Positions 17,883-27,977 of a stretch of 64,000 bases of DNA are shown here, one piece after another (positions within the stretch are counted from its first letter, which is position 1; each line of letters starts with the position of its first letter). This DNA comes from Gemmatimonadaceae bacterium. Its GTDB lineage: Bacteria; Gemmatimonadota; Gemmatimonadetes; Gemmatimonadales; Gemmatimonadaceae. The notes beneath the pieces are model-generated. The model saw only the letters and a list, made by a program, of their open reading frames with translations. It made no database searches and was not told the origin of the DNA. The stretch spans positions 64,001 through 128,000 of the forward strand of contig JBHYGA010000006.1 in NCBI GenBank assembly GCA_051859245.1. Direction: 5' to 3'. The position numbers and the translations under genes were made by a program.

Positions 17883-17972
17883 CGGCACTATTTGCCGCTC
17901 TTGAGCAGTGCCGAACATCGGTCCGAATGCGGCACAAACTTCCGCACTGGGAATTGATGGCCGAGTTTGCCG
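17883..17972. promoter_or_regulatory. Cluster of CGGCA-N5-TGCCG enhancer-like sites upstream of flgB
   Basis: CGGCACTATTTGCCG (17883-17897), CGGCACAAACTTCCG (17930-17944), TGGCCGAGTTTGCCG (17958-17972). Confidence 0.72.
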
Positions 17973-17991
17973 GGTCGGCTAGCTCTGGTTA

Positions 17992-19002
17992 TTACCCGGA
18001 TATAAAGTGCGGTTGCGTCCACGCCATATCGCCGTTGGACTCCAGGACCCGCACGCGCACGTAGCCTTCGCTGCCGCGAAATCGGTAGGTGGCCGGACTC
18101 GTCAGCGTCTCCTGGAGCACCGCGCCGCCGCGGCCGATGAACTGGATGCGGTATTTGCTCCACGCCGTCACACGCACGGTGACCGTCAGCTCGGTGGTCG
18201 ACGCGGCAATCTCGTTGAGCTCGACACCGGTGGAAGAGTAGAAGTCGCCTCGTTCCATGGCCTCCAGAATCGCCGCCGTCGACAGCGTATCGGCCCGCAC
18301 ATAGATCCAGCCTTTACCAGGGCGTGAGGCGGTGCGGTCGTCGTGGCGCTTGAAATGATGAGCGTCGTCCACCGCGAGCCCGTAGATCCTCACGTTGCGG
18401 GTGAGAATCGTGTCCCACATCGCTTCTAATGAAGGGACGCCGCCGCCACCGAGGTTGTTGACCTGCGGGTGACCGTTGAAAATCTCAAAGAGCCGGGTGT
18501 TGCGGACGCGCGCCAGCTCATCGGCCGACAGGGCCCAGCCGAAGCTTGGGTGGTTGATGTGCGGTACGCCGCCCGCCGCGCGAATGGCATCGACGTTGCG
18601 CTGCACCACCTCGACAGCACTGGTCCCACCCTGCGGCGCGACCAATGTGGACACGTTGAGTCCATTGATGTGAAGGGGCCGACTCTCAAACCGGTCGGTC
18701 ACTTCTTCGCCCTTGATGACCAGAAAACGATTGTCCAGCCCGTGCAGAGCGTTCAAGCCATCCACGCTGGTGATCACGTTGTGATCGGTAAGCACAACAA
18801 ACTGGTACCCGTGCGACCGGTACCATTTCACCACATCATCAGGGTGCGAGTCGCCGTCGCTGTTGAGCGTATGCGTGTGCGTGTTGCCCTTGTACCAACG
18901 TGGCGCGCGCGCCTTGAGGGGATTTTCCGTGATCGGCCGAAGCGCCGTGATCGCGGCGCCGAGTGACACCACGGTGAGCAGCGGCAGCAAGCGGATTCGC
19001 AT
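17992..19002 (-). CDS. PHP-domain metallohydrolase (CehA/McbA-like), secreted
   Basis: WYKGNTHTHTLNSDG, LTDHN, NHP, EIFNG, DDAHH; signal-like N-terminus from ATG 19002. Confidence 0.85.
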   Translation of the reverse strand: MRIRLLPLLTVVSLGAAITALRPITENPLKARAPRWYKGNTHTHTLNSDGDSHPDDVVKWYRSHGYQFVVLTDHNVITSVDGLNALHGLDNRFLVIKGEEVTDRFESRPLHINGLNVSTLVAPQGGTSAVEVVQRNVDAIRAAGGVPHINHPSFGWALSADELARVRNTRLFEIFNGHPQVNNLGGGGVPSLEAMWDTILTRNVRIYGLAVDDAHHFKRHDDRTASRPGKGWIYVRADTLSTAAILEAMERGDFYSSTGVELNEIAASTTELTVTVRVTAWSKYRIQFIGRGGAVLQETLTSPATYRFRGSEGYVRVRVLESNGDMAWTQPHFISG

Positions 19003-19142
19003 ACAGTCTCCTGAACGGTGAGATTGACACACACGCAGCGCTTCCGGAACCGGATGCTCTGAGGGTAAGATGCAGGTCAGGTCACCAACGCGCTGGTGCT
19101 CGCGCCAGCCGCAGGGTCCTCTACCATTTCTCCCCCCGAATG

Positions 19143-19445
19143 ATGGCTATCGAAAACAAGCCCAGTCGTAACGAAGAGGAATATTTCGCACGACTCGACG
19201 CAGACTTGCGCAAAGAGTTGCGGCAGCGGGCGGATGACGAGCGCGCCGCACGAGTGGCTGCCGATCGCAACAAGTGCCCGCGTGACGGAGCGACGTTGGT
19301 CAGCAAGGAGACACATCACGTCACGATTGATCAGTGTCCAGAGTGCGATGGGATCTGGCTGGACAAAGGTGAACTGGAAATCCTTGCGAAAGGACAGATT
19401 GATCGCACCGGTTTTGTTGGCAATCTGCTGAATATCTTCAAGTAG
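19143..19445 (+). CDS. zf-TFIIB domain protein
   Basis: NEEEYFAR...CPRDG...IDQCPECDGIWLDKGELE. Confidence 0.85.
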   Translation: MAIENKPSRNEEEYFARLDADLRKELRQRADDERAARVAADRNKCPRDGATLVSKETHHVTIDQCPECDGIWLDKGELEILAKGQIDRTGFVGNLLNIFK

Positions 19446-19450
19446 CCTTT

Positions 19451-21250
19451 ATGTGTATCCGCTGGCCGTGCCGTAGTGCGTTGTTGGCCAGCGGTTACCT
19501 GCTGCTTGCCGCCTGCAGCGGGAGCGACGCGGTTGATCCCGGCGCAGCGCCGAGCGCCGTCGTTGTTACGCCGGCCGCTCAAAACATCTCGTCGCTTGGT
19601 GTCACCGCGCGATTGAGCGCGGAAGTGCGTAGCGTCAACGGTGCGGTGCTTTCCAGCCGCGCGATTACGTGGACGCGGAAAGGCAGCGGCGCAACGGCGG
19701 TGAGTGACAGTGGCGTCGTGACCGTTCTCGCGAACGGTGTAGACACCATCACGGCAACGAGCGGATCGCTTACGGGCACGGCGGTCATCACCGTGAATCA
19801 AGTGGCCGCGAGCATCACGCTCACGCCGGCGCCATCGAACATTTCGGTGCTCGGCGCGTCGCAACAGTTGAGCGCGAGCGTGGTCGACGCGAACGGGCGT
19901 TTTCTCCCGTTGGCGGTGGCAACGTGGACTTCTTCCAACAGCGCGAGTTTGCCGATCACCGCTGATGGCGTAGTAACGGCTGCTCGGCCCGGCGCGAGCG
20001 TGATCACGGCCACGTTTGCTGGCGTGTCGGCGACGCGCGACATGACCGCAACGCTGACGTCACCGGTGGGCGGCCCCATCCTTGGTGCAACCGTGCCGTG
20101 CGCTGGTGGCATGGCTGGCCCGTTCCCCTGCGAGAATGTGGATCTGCTCGCGTTCCTGCCGGTGTCTGGCATGGGCGGCGGTCCAGGCGTGGACCTGAAT
20201 GATCTGTGGGGATGGACGGACGAGACGAGCGGCAAAGAGTACGTGATCGTCATGCGTCGTGATGGCACCGCGTTCGTAGACGTGAGTGATCCGCGCAATC
20301 CGATTTTTCTGGGGAGCCTGCCGATCACACCCGGTGCGACGCCGAACATATGGCATGACGTGAAGGTGTATCAGGGATATGCGTTCATTGTGGCGGACGC
20401 GGCCGGACCACATGGCATGCAGGTGTTCGATTTGCGCCGGCTTCGTGAACACGCGGGTTTCCCGCGCACATTCACCCCGGATGCGACGTATACGAACATC
20501 AACAGCGCGCACAACATCGCGATCAATGAGGCGACCGGCTTCGCGTATATCGTAGGCGCAAGCGGCGGTGGTCAAACGTGCGGCGGCGGCTTGCACATGG
20601 TCGACATTCGCTCACCAGGTGCGCCAGTGTTTGCGGGTTGCTTCGCGGATCCGATGACGGGCCGAGTGTCAACCGGCTACACGCACGACGTGCAATGTGT
20701 ACGCTATCAGGGACCGGACACGCGATACACCGGTCGCGAAATCTGCCTCGGCAGCAATGAAACACACTTGAGCGTTGCCGACGTGACGGAAAAGCAGACG
20801 CCCGTAGCCATCAGCCGCGCGAGTTATCCGCAGGTTGGTTACACGCATCAGGGGTGGTTCACACAGGATCAGCGATACTTTCTCGTGAATGACGAGACAG
20901 ACGAGACACGTTTTGGTCTGCGAACGCGAACGCTGATCTGGGACGTGGCCGATCTCGAAGATCCCGTGCTGGTAGGCGAGTATCTGGGACCGAACCCGGC
21001 GTCCGATCACAACCACTACATTCGTGATTCGCGCATGTATGCGTCCACGTACCAGTTTGGGCTTCGTGTCATCGATGTGAGCAACCCGAAAGCGCCATCG
21101 CAGATTGGCTACTTTGATACGGCGCCGAACTTTCCCAACACGCCGGGCTTTGGCGGGTCGTGGAGCAACTATCCGTACTTCAAGAGCGGCATCATTGTGA
21201 TGACCAGCCGCACCGAAGGTTTCTTCGTGTTGCGCCTGCGGCCGAACTAA
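19451..21250 (+). CDS. Lipoprotein with two Ig-like (Big_2) domains and a choice-of-anchor B/LVIVD propeller
   Basis: Lipobox LAAC; two Ig-like repeats; C..GMAGPFPCENVDL, NDLWGWTD, WHDVKVY, AHNI, YTHD, YTHQGW, GSWSNYPYFKSG. Confidence 0.85.
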   Translation: MCIRWPCRSALLASGYLLLAACSGSDAVDPGAAPSAVVVTPAAQNISSLGVTARLSAEVRSVNGAVLSSRAITWTRKGSGATAVSDSGVVTVLANGVDTITATSGSLTGTAVITVNQVAASITLTPAPSNISVLGASQQLSASVVDANGRFLPLAVATWTSSNSASLPITADGVVTAARPGASVITATFAGVSATRDMTATLTSPVGGPILGATVPCAGGMAGPFPCENVDLLAFLPVSGMGGGPGVDLNDLWGWTDETSGKEYVIVMRRDGTAFVDVSDPRNPIFLGSLPITPGATPNIWHDVKVYQGYAFIVADAAGPHGMQVFDLRRLREHAGFPRTFTPDATYTNINSAHNIAINEATGFAYIVGASGGGQTCGGGLHMVDIRSPGAPVFAGCFADPMTGRVSTGYTHDVQCVRYQGPDTRYTGREICLGSNETHLSVADVTEKQTPVAISRASYPQVGYTHQGWFTQDQRYFLVNDETDETRFGLRTRTLIWDVADLEDPVLVGEYLGPNPASDHNHYIRDSRMYASTYQFGLRVIDVSNPKAPSQIGYFDTAPNFPNTPGFGGSWSNYPYFKSGIIVMTSRTEGFFVLRLRPN

Positions 21251-22779
21251 GCACGCGCTACGCGCAGCACTTCGTCGAGCGTGGTCACCCCCGCACGCAC
21301 CAAACGCAGGGCATCGTCGCGCAGCGTGCGCATGCCGTTCCCAATCGCGATCGCGCGCAGTTCTTCCGACCCGCGACGGGCCTGTGTCTCAAGGCGCAGC
21401 TCGTTGTCCATCACGAGCAGTTCGTATACGCCCTGACGCCCGCGGTATCCGGTATCCCGACAGTACTCACAACCGGTTCCTTTCCACACGGTCTCGAGTC
21501 CCAGTGCGGCGAGATCAAACGAACGCGCGGCTCGTGCGTCTGGTGTGGTGGGTGTCTTGCACTTGGGGCAAATCACGCGCACCAGTCGCTGCGCCAGCAC
21601 CGCGTCTACAGTGCTGGCCACGAGGTACGAGGCAACACCGAGATCCAGCAAACGCGTGAGTGCCGTGGGCGCATCGTTGGTGTGCAGCGTGGACAGGACA
21701 AGATGGCCGGTGAGCGCAGCTTGCGTGGCAATCTGCGCTGTTTCTGCGTCGCGAATTTCGCCCACCAGAATGATGTCCGGGTCCTGCCGCAGCAGTGAGC
21801 GCAGCGCTGCGGCAAAGGTCACGCCCACTTTTTCATTAACGGGTACCTGCGGCACGCCGGGCAATTCGTACTCAACCGGATCTTCAACCGTGAGAATTTT
21901 CTCACGACCGGTGCGCAGCAGCTCAATGGCGCCGTACAACGTAGTGGTTTTTCCGGAGCCGGTTGGGCCGGTCACGAGTACGATGCCGTGCGGACGCGAG
22001 ATACTTTCCCGAAACAGTTCGAGTGTATCGTCGGCCATGCCCATGTCAGTGAGCGAGATGCGACCGCGCTCCTTGTCGAGCAGTCGCAGCACCACACTCT
22101 CACCGCGCAGCGTGGGCGCCGTTGAGACACGCACGTCTACCTGACGATTCTGCAAGCGCAGCCGAATGCGTCCGTCCTGTGGCATACGGCGCTCCGCAAT
22201 ATCCAGCTCGGCCATGATCTTGAGGCGGCTGACAATCGCTGCCGTGAGATGCGGCGGGGGCGACGGTGCGGGCTGGAGCACACCGTCAACGCGGTAGCGA
22301 ACATGCAAACCGTCGGCGTAGCCCTCAAGATGAACATCGGACGCACGCGCGTCGAGCGCTTCAATGATCAGCAGGTTCACGAGACGCACCACTGGCGCTT
22401 CGTTCGCCAGATGCAGCAAATCATCCAACGGAATTTCATCAATACCCAGCGCGCGACTCTCGGACGACATGCCGGCGATCATGCCTTCTGCTGTTGTCGC
22501 ATCCTGCGCGTAGACGCGACGAATCGTGCTGCGAACGTCGTGCTCCGTGAATCGCACCAGTGCCACGGACGCGTTGAACTGCAGGCGCAGCTCGTCTAAT
22601 GCGAGCGGTTGCACACGATCGAGCCACGTGGCAACCGTGAGTTCGCCGGCGTGCAGCTTGAGCGGCAACACCGCGTGCTGCTCAAGCCAGTCTGCCGACA
22701 ACACACCGGACATCCGCTCGACTTCGAGCAGCTCACTCGCCGAGTGTTCCGCCGGGCCCGCGCCGTTGACTGCGGTCAT
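21247..22779 (-). CDS. gspE: Type II secretion ATPase GspE
   Basis: ASDVH, LDIAERRMPQDGR, GPTGSGKTTT, EDPVE, LRQDPD, TGHLVLSTLHTND, CxxC-CxxC. Confidence 0.96.
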   Translation of the reverse strand: MTAVNGAGPAEHSASELLEVERMSGVLSADWLEQHAVLPLKLHAGELTVATWLDRVQPLALDELRLQFNASVALVRFTEHDVRSTIRRVYAQDATTAEGMIAGMSSESRALGIDEIPLDDLLHLANEAPVVRLVNLLIIEALDARASDVHLEGYADGLHVRYRVDGVLQPAPSPPPHLTAAIVSRLKIMAELDIAERRMPQDGRIRLRLQNRQVDVRVSTAPTLRGESVVLRLLDKERGRISLTDMGMADDTLELFRESISRPHGIVLVTGPTGSGKTTTLYGAIELLRTGREKILTVEDPVEYELPGVPQVPVNEKVGVTFAAALRSLLRQDPDIILVGEIRDAETAQIATQAALTGHLVLSTLHTNDAPTALTRLLDLGVASYLVASTVDAVLAQRLVRVICPKCKTPTTPDARAARSFDLAALGLETVWKGTGCEYCRDTGYRGRQGVYELLVMDNELRLETQARRGSEELRAIAIGNGMRTLRDDALRLVRAGVTTLDEVLRVARA

Positions 22780-24488
22780 CAGAACTGCGGCTCACGCAGG
22801 AAGAACTCCGGCAACACCGGTGGGCGACGACCGACCGTGGAGTCCGGGATACCTACATTGATTGTGTCGCCGCCAATGCGAACGCGGCCCTCAATGCGCA
22901 GGTCCTTCAGAAGATCGCTGCTGTTTCGCACCGATTCGCGAAGCCGATCAATATCTTCGTCGCTTGAGACAATATGCGGAGTGAGGAAGAGAAAGAGCTC
23001 CGTGGTGCGATTGCTGCGCGACGTATTGCCAAACAGCCAGCCGATCAACGGAAGTCGGCTCAGGAATGGAATGCCAGAGGTGGATTCGTCCGATGTGTTG
23101 TCGGAAAGCCCACCGATCACCGTAGTCTGGCCGTCACGCACAAATACCGACGTTTGCGCTTCGCGCTCATTGATGATCGGGGCATCGAACAGCAAGTTGT
23201 TGCTCACGTCGTTATTGGTTTGCACCACTTCCATGTTCACATACCCATCGGTGTTGATCGTGGGAGTGATGGTGAGCGTTTTACCAACCGGCAAATACTG
23301 AATGGTTTGCACACGCGAGTTAGGATCAATGCCACCCGCCTGCGTGACCTGAACAAACGGTACGCTCGAGCCAACGTTGAGCACCGCTTGTTTGTTGTTT
23401 TGCGCAATGATGATCGGTAACGCCAGCACCTTCACGTCACCACGCGTTTGCAGTGCGTTGATTGCCAGATCGTAGTTCACCGAGCCGCGTCCGCCGGTGA
23501 GTAAGTACACAAAGTCGCGCGCGGTGCCAGCGCCCGGCAGGCGAGCCGCCGTGTCACCACTTGTACGCGTTGCGGTACCCGAGACACCCAGGCCAAGATC
23601 ACTACTGCGCTCAACCTGCGCGATGGTGACTTCGATGAGCACCTGCAGCGGGCGCAGATCCACGGACTGCACCAGCGATTGCAGCGCCTGAAAATCTTCT
23701 GCGGTAGAGCGAACAATCAGTGAATTGGTAGTTTCGTCTGCGACAATGCGAATATCGGAGAATGCCAGACCGTTGTTGCTCGATCCGTTCTGCAGTCCAA
23801 ACGCAGCGGCCATTGCTTCCCGAATCGCAACCTGCGGATTGTTCGGATTATTGTTTCCTCCACCTCCCTGCTGCGCGTTCCCACCAATAATCCCTACAAC
23901 GCCAGCACCACCACGTCCGCCTTGCTGAATGCCCTGAATCCCCTGGATGCCACCGGGCGCGGTGACATTACGCGTCGCCCCCCCCACGTTGCCTGAGCCC
24001 GTGAGCAAGTTCATGAGCATCGGCGCAACGGTGGTTGCGGTGGAGTGCTTGAGTCGCACGGTGTACAGATTCAGCACGCGATTCTGCTGTGCCTGCTGCG
24101 CCATCTGCTGCGGCGTGAGACGAGGCGGCGGTGCAACACGCGGCGGGCCAACCAGGCGAATCACCGACGTCCCTTCTGTGACCGTGATTTCGCTCCCCTC
24201 GGCCACGGCCTTGATCGCCTCGATCGCGGCTTCTCGATTCATCTGCTGCGCCATACGCAGCGACACTTTCGCGGCCGGCATGTTGCTGAGCGTAATGTTC
24301 AGTCCACCCGCTTCAGCAATGGCACGAAGGACAACCGCAACGTCCTGCTCGACAAAGTCGAGCACCAGACCATCGGGGCTGTTGCGCAGCGCGGCCGAGT
24401 CACGTCGCGGCGGCGCGCCACCGCGCTGCGAAAGCAGCGGCGACGCGCAGACGGCCAACAACAGGGTGACGTGGAAAAACGATCTCAT
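22779..24488 (-). CDS. gspD: Type II secretion secretin GspD
   Basis: Signal peptide; IVADETTNSLIV, QVLIEVTI, TVIGGL, GIPFLSRLPLIGWLF, ELFLFLTPHIV. Confidence 0.94.
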   Translation of the reverse strand: MRSFFHVTLLLAVCASPLLSQRGGAPPRRDSAALRNSPDGLVLDFVEQDVAVVLRAIAEAGGLNITLSNMPAAKVSLRMAQQMNREAAIEAIKAVAEGSEITVTEGTSVIRLVGPPRVAPPPRLTPQQMAQQAQQNRVLNLYTVRLKHSTATTVAPMLMNLLTGSGNVGGATRNVTAPGGIQGIQGIQQGGRGGAGVVGIIGGNAQQGGGGNNNPNNPQVAIREAMAAAFGLQNGSSNNGLAFSDIRIVADETTNSLIVRSTAEDFQALQSLVQSVDLRPLQVLIEVTIAQVERSSDLGLGVSGTATRTSGDTAARLPGAGTARDFVYLLTGGRGSVNYDLAINALQTRGDVKVLALPIIIAQNNKQAVLNVGSSVPFVQVTQAGGIDPNSRVQTIQYLPVGKTLTITPTINTDGYVNMEVVQTNNDVSNNLLFDAPIINEREAQTSVFVRDGQTTVIGGLSDNTSDESTSGIPFLSRLPLIGWLFGNTSRSNRTTELFLFLTPHIVSSDEDIDRLRESVRNSSDLLKDLRIEGRVRIGGDTINVGIPDSTVGRRPPVLPEFFLREPQF

Positions 24489-24503
24489 AGTTCGGTACCG
24501 CGT

Positions 24504-25007
24504 TTAAGTGGGGTTCGCATTGATTGCGAACCGCTCGCCGGACACAGTGGAGAACTCCACCACGCCGCGCTTGATCGACCGCACGGTGAAATCACCAACC
24601 TGGTCTCCCACACGCACGATCACGGTGGGTGCGCCGTTGAGCGAGCACATGGCGAAGGTTCGATTGCCCGTGCCAACAACGGTGCCCAGCACGAGCAGTT
24701 GTGACACGTCAACTGGCTCTGCTTCAACGTAGGTGTCCTCATTGCCAGGCAGTCGATATCTGGTCACGGGCGGGCTACGATCCGGCGAGAACAGATTGTC
24801 TTCGACCACCGCACTCACATTGAGTGCCTGCGCGGTTTGCCTGGCGGCCAACGCTGCGGCCGTATTGAACTGCGGTGGTGCGGCGTCGGGTACAGGCTCG
24901 ATGCGCAGTGCCACCACGAACGACCAGACCGCGAATGACGCGGCCAGAATCAGCGCGCCAATCGCTGCCTGCACGCGCTGCTGCTTCAATACATCGCGGC
25001 TCATCAT
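24504..25007 (-). CDS. GspC-like type II secretion component
   Basis: N-terminal TM, NLFSPDRSPP, LLVLGTV...VRVGDQVGDFTVRSI (HR-domain-like); just before gspD. Confidence 0.65.
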   Translation of the reverse strand: MMSRDVLKQQRVQAAIGALILAASFAVWSFVVALRIEPVPDAAPPQFNTAAALAARQTAQALNVSAVVEDNLFSPDRSPPVTRYRLPGNEDTYVEAEPVDVSQLLVLGTVVGTGNRTFAMCSLNGAPTVIVRVGDQVGDFTVRSIKRGVVEFSTVSGERFAINANPT

Positions 25008-25612
25008 TGCGCGCCTCCCGCAGGGCGAGGCGCGTCTTCAGGAATCGCGTACCCAACAATCGACGCCGAGATTGAAACGGGTTCGATGCCGTCTTCCGTG
25101 ACCGGACCCTGGGTGACCGACACATCCAGTCGCTCGATGCGCACCAGCTTGTCGCCGCGCTCCAGGGCCTGCAGAAAGTTGAGCAGTCCCTGCAAGTCTG
25201 ACTCGGCACGCAGCGCCACGTGCAGCGTTCGCACGCCCGCCTCGCCAACGGTTGCGGGACGCGTCGTTGCGTTCTGCAACCAGACATCATGCTCGCGAGC
25301 CACAGCGCCGAGGTGCGAGACCAACTCGGCCGTGGCCATGACATCATCACGTCCGGCAAAGAGCCGCGGCGACATCGCTCGCATGAGTGAGTCGGCGAGC
25401 GCCTGCATGCCGGGGTTGCGTTGCGCGGCCGTGACGGCCGCACGTTCACGTGCCAGTGCGGCGCGTTCAACGCTCAGAAAGTCGCGCGACTCTTCCAGCG
25501 ACGAGCGAAACGGCTTCACGCCCCAGATGAAAAACAGCGCGGGTGCCAGAATCAACGCGCCGAGCGTGAGCGCGCGTTTGTCGCGCGCTGACATGGCCGT
25601 GAGCCGACTCAT
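25004..25612 (-). CDS. gspM: Type II secretion protein GspM (T2SSM_b/PilO-like)
   Basis: MSARDKRAL plus TM helix, coiled coil, LLNFLQALERGDKLVRIERLDV. Confidence 0.8.
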   Translation of the reverse strand: MSRLTAMSARDKRALTLGALILAPALFFIWGVKPFRSSLEESRDFLSVERAALARERAAVTAAQRNPGMQALADSLMRAMSPRLFAGRDDVMATAELVSHLGAVAREHDVWLQNATTRPATVGEAGVRTLHVALRAESDLQGLLNFLQALERGDKLVRIERLDVSVTQGPVTEDGIEPVSISASIVGYAIPEDAPRPAGGAQ

Positions 25613-27030
25613 CGCTTCACACCCGATGAATCAACGGAGGCACGTTTCAGAAGCGCGGTAATCTGAAAGCGCTCAAACGCTTCGCCTTCGGGTGTTGTTT
25701 CGCGACGTACCGGTGCTGATGCGTGTACACCGCTCAGCTGTGGCACCTGTTCAATTGAATCGAACACGCGCGCTGCATACATCGCGAGTCCATCAATTCC
25801 AACGGTATCCGCGCGACCACGAAATCCCGTGAGATGTGCCTCAGCCGGCAACTGCTCAGACACGCCACCGATCACCGTGGACCACGCCGCCGCATCTCGC
25901 TCAGCAGCAGCGAGCACTGCCAGCTGTCGAAATGCGGTTTCAACCGTTGAACGACCAACAAGTGTGGTGGCCAGCTGCGGCCGTAGCAGTTCACGCTCGG
26001 CACGAACGGCCTCAAGTTCCCGACGAGTGTCCCACAGTTGCAGTGCGGCACCAATCAAAGCAAGCGCCGCTGCACCGGCAAACATTCGTGTCGTCAGCGA
26101 GCGAATCGCACGAGCGCGCACCGCGCGCTTGGCGTCGGTGACAAGTGCCGGTGTCAGTGTTGACTGCACGTGCGCCGCAGCGAGCGCGTCTGGTGCGGCG
26201 ATCAACTCACGTTCGCCCACGGTTGGCACTCGTACAGGAAGTCCGCGCGCCTGTAGCGCACGTTCCAGCACGGTCCGCGGCTGGGCCGCGCCGACCAGAA
26301 GCAGGGGGCCGCCAAACACGGCGTGCTCCTGCGCAATCTCGGCGCTGTCAGCATCTCCGGCGCGCAGCCGACGCATCGCAATCAGCTGATCGCGGTTGAG
26401 GCGGAGCAAGTCAGTGTGCGTGTCATGCACCACGAGCAGCGTTGTCACGCTGACATTCCGATCACTGAACTGCGCGGCGGCTTCGCTCCAGGCCGCCACT
26501 GCGGGAACGATGACATCGACCTGCCAACCGGCGGCTCGCGAGGAATCGTAGAGCGTTTGCAGCAACCGCGTAGCTGCCGATACCGCCAGCCGTGGTGCGG
26601 GATCAGCTGCGTTTGAGCGCTTGCGATCGGTTCGACGGACCGCTGGGCGCGGTGCAATTCCAACCACCTGCGCGCCGCGAGCCTGGACAAAATATCTGCT
26701 GGCGTTCCTCGTCAGCAGCTGACGCAATGGTTCGTCTGCAAGCGGTGGTGTGTGCACAAACTGCACCTCCGCGAGCGGTGGCATCAGTGCGATCCGCAGT
26801 GATCCGTTTGATACGCCCGATTCGGCCGCCAATGTGCGGAGCGCGGCCACAAGATCAGGCCATACGGCGCCGACGTCTCCGTTAACCGGCGCCAGCGGTG
26901 CGCGCCACGTGTGTGCGGTCGCACTGCCGGGGCGCGTGAACACCGCGCACAGTTCGGCTGCCGAGACCGCGATGCCAACAGACGCCGCAGAACGTTGGGC
27001 GACACGGGAAGGGCTCACCATTGCTGCCAT
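25609..27030 (-). CDS. gspL: Type II secretion protein GspL (PilN-like C-terminus)
   Basis: Cytoplasmic domain, single TM helix, WSTVIGGVSEQLPAEAHL...IDGLA...ERFQITA. Confidence 0.78.
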   Translation of the reverse strand: MAAMVSPSRVAQRSAASVGIAVSAAELCAVFTRPGSATAHTWRAPLAPVNGDVGAVWPDLVAALRTLAAESGVSNGSLRIALMPPLAEVQFVHTPPLADEPLRQLLTRNASRYFVQARGAQVVGIAPRPAVRRTDRKRSNAADPAPRLAVSAATRLLQTLYDSSRAAGWQVDVIVPAVAAWSEAAAQFSDRNVSVTTLLVVHDTHTDLLRLNRDQLIAMRRLRAGDADSAEIAQEHAVFGGPLLLVGAAQPRTVLERALQARGLPVRVPTVGERELIAAPDALAAAHVQSTLTPALVTDAKRAVRARAIRSLTTRMFAGAAALALIGAALQLWDTRRELEAVRAERELLRPQLATTLVGRSTVETAFRQLAVLAAAERDAAAWSTVIGGVSEQLPAEAHLTGFRGRADTVGIDGLAMYAARVFDSIEQVPQLSGVHASAPVRRETTPEGEAFERFQITALLKRASVDSSGVKR

Positions 27031-27977
27031 CGGATCTGCGCCGTGTTGTTGTTTCCGCGCTGAATCAATGCGATCAGGCGAGCAGGTTGTGCGGTGAGCG
27101 TGTCGTGCACAAAGATGGTGAGTTGCACATCGCGTGTATCGACCGTGGCGCGTTGACTGAGCTGTTGTTCGGCGCGCGATGTCTGACCGCCGCCGCCGGC
27201 TTGGCCTTGAGCGGACAGAACAGATGCAATCGATGTAATGCGGCGACCGCCAGAGCGCATGGCGAGAATGTTGGCGATGGTCACATCCGTCATGCCAGGC
27301 AATGCTCGCAGGACTGCCTCGGGCGCCGTGTTCAGGTTGACGCGTGTTGCCGTGCCGTAGGTGGTGAGATATGGCTTGACGGCCGCGAGGATTTCGTCGG
27401 TGATACCGGGAACATGAATCAGATCGTCGACTTCGCGAAACGGACCATTGGTTGGCAACACCAGTCGGTCGTCACGCATATACTGCTCGCGTTCCGCGCC
27501 GGCGATGCGCGGTAAGTCGTCTACGTCAATCCAGTCCATGATCGACTGCGCGATGCCGTCCGCTGCCTGATAGTCGCGCAGTACAAATCCAAACAGCTGC
27601 TTGAGTTCTGTTTCGCTGAGGTTGTTCAGATTCAGTTGCGTGCCAAGGTCCGTGACGATCACATCAATGGGCACGTCGCCAACTTGCAGCGGACCGGAGT
27701 ACAATGAGTCGGCGTCGAGCCACGGGTCAGAAGCGCGCAGTGCGGCAGCGCTGCCGCGGGCATTCAGCGTGCGCAGGTCATTCTCGAGTCGCGCCATCAT
27801 GGTGGCCAGCGCACCGGTGGTTGCGGCACGATCGCGGGCGCGATCACGCGCGGCGAGGCCGAGCACGTGTCGTTCGCGCGCGGTGAGTGAGAACTGCAGC
27901 GCAACGCTGGCAATCATGACCACGAGCCACATGGCCGCCAGCATTGCGAATCCGCGTCGTGGGCGACGAGTCGTCAT
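27015..27977 (-). CDS. gspK: Minor pseudopilin GspK
   Basis: RRG|FAMLAAMW with no Glu5; LNLN, IMDWIDVD, NGPFREVDDLIHVPGI, VNLNTAP. Confidence 0.93.
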   Translation of the reverse strand: MTTRRPRRGFAMLAAMWLVVMIASVALQFSLTARERHVLGLAARDRARDRAATTGALATMMARLENDLRTLNARGSAAALRASDPWLDADSLYSGPLQVGDVPIDVIVTDLGTQLNLNNLSETELKQLFGFVLRDYQAADGIAQSIMDWIDVDDLPRIAGAEREQYMRDDRLVLPTNGPFREVDDLIHVPGITDEILAAVKPYLTTYGTATRVNLNTAPEAVLRALPGMTDVTIANILAMRSGGRRITSIASVLSAQGQAGGGGQTSRAEQQLSQRATVDTRDVQLTIFVHDTLTAQPARLIALIQRGNNNTAQIRWQQW

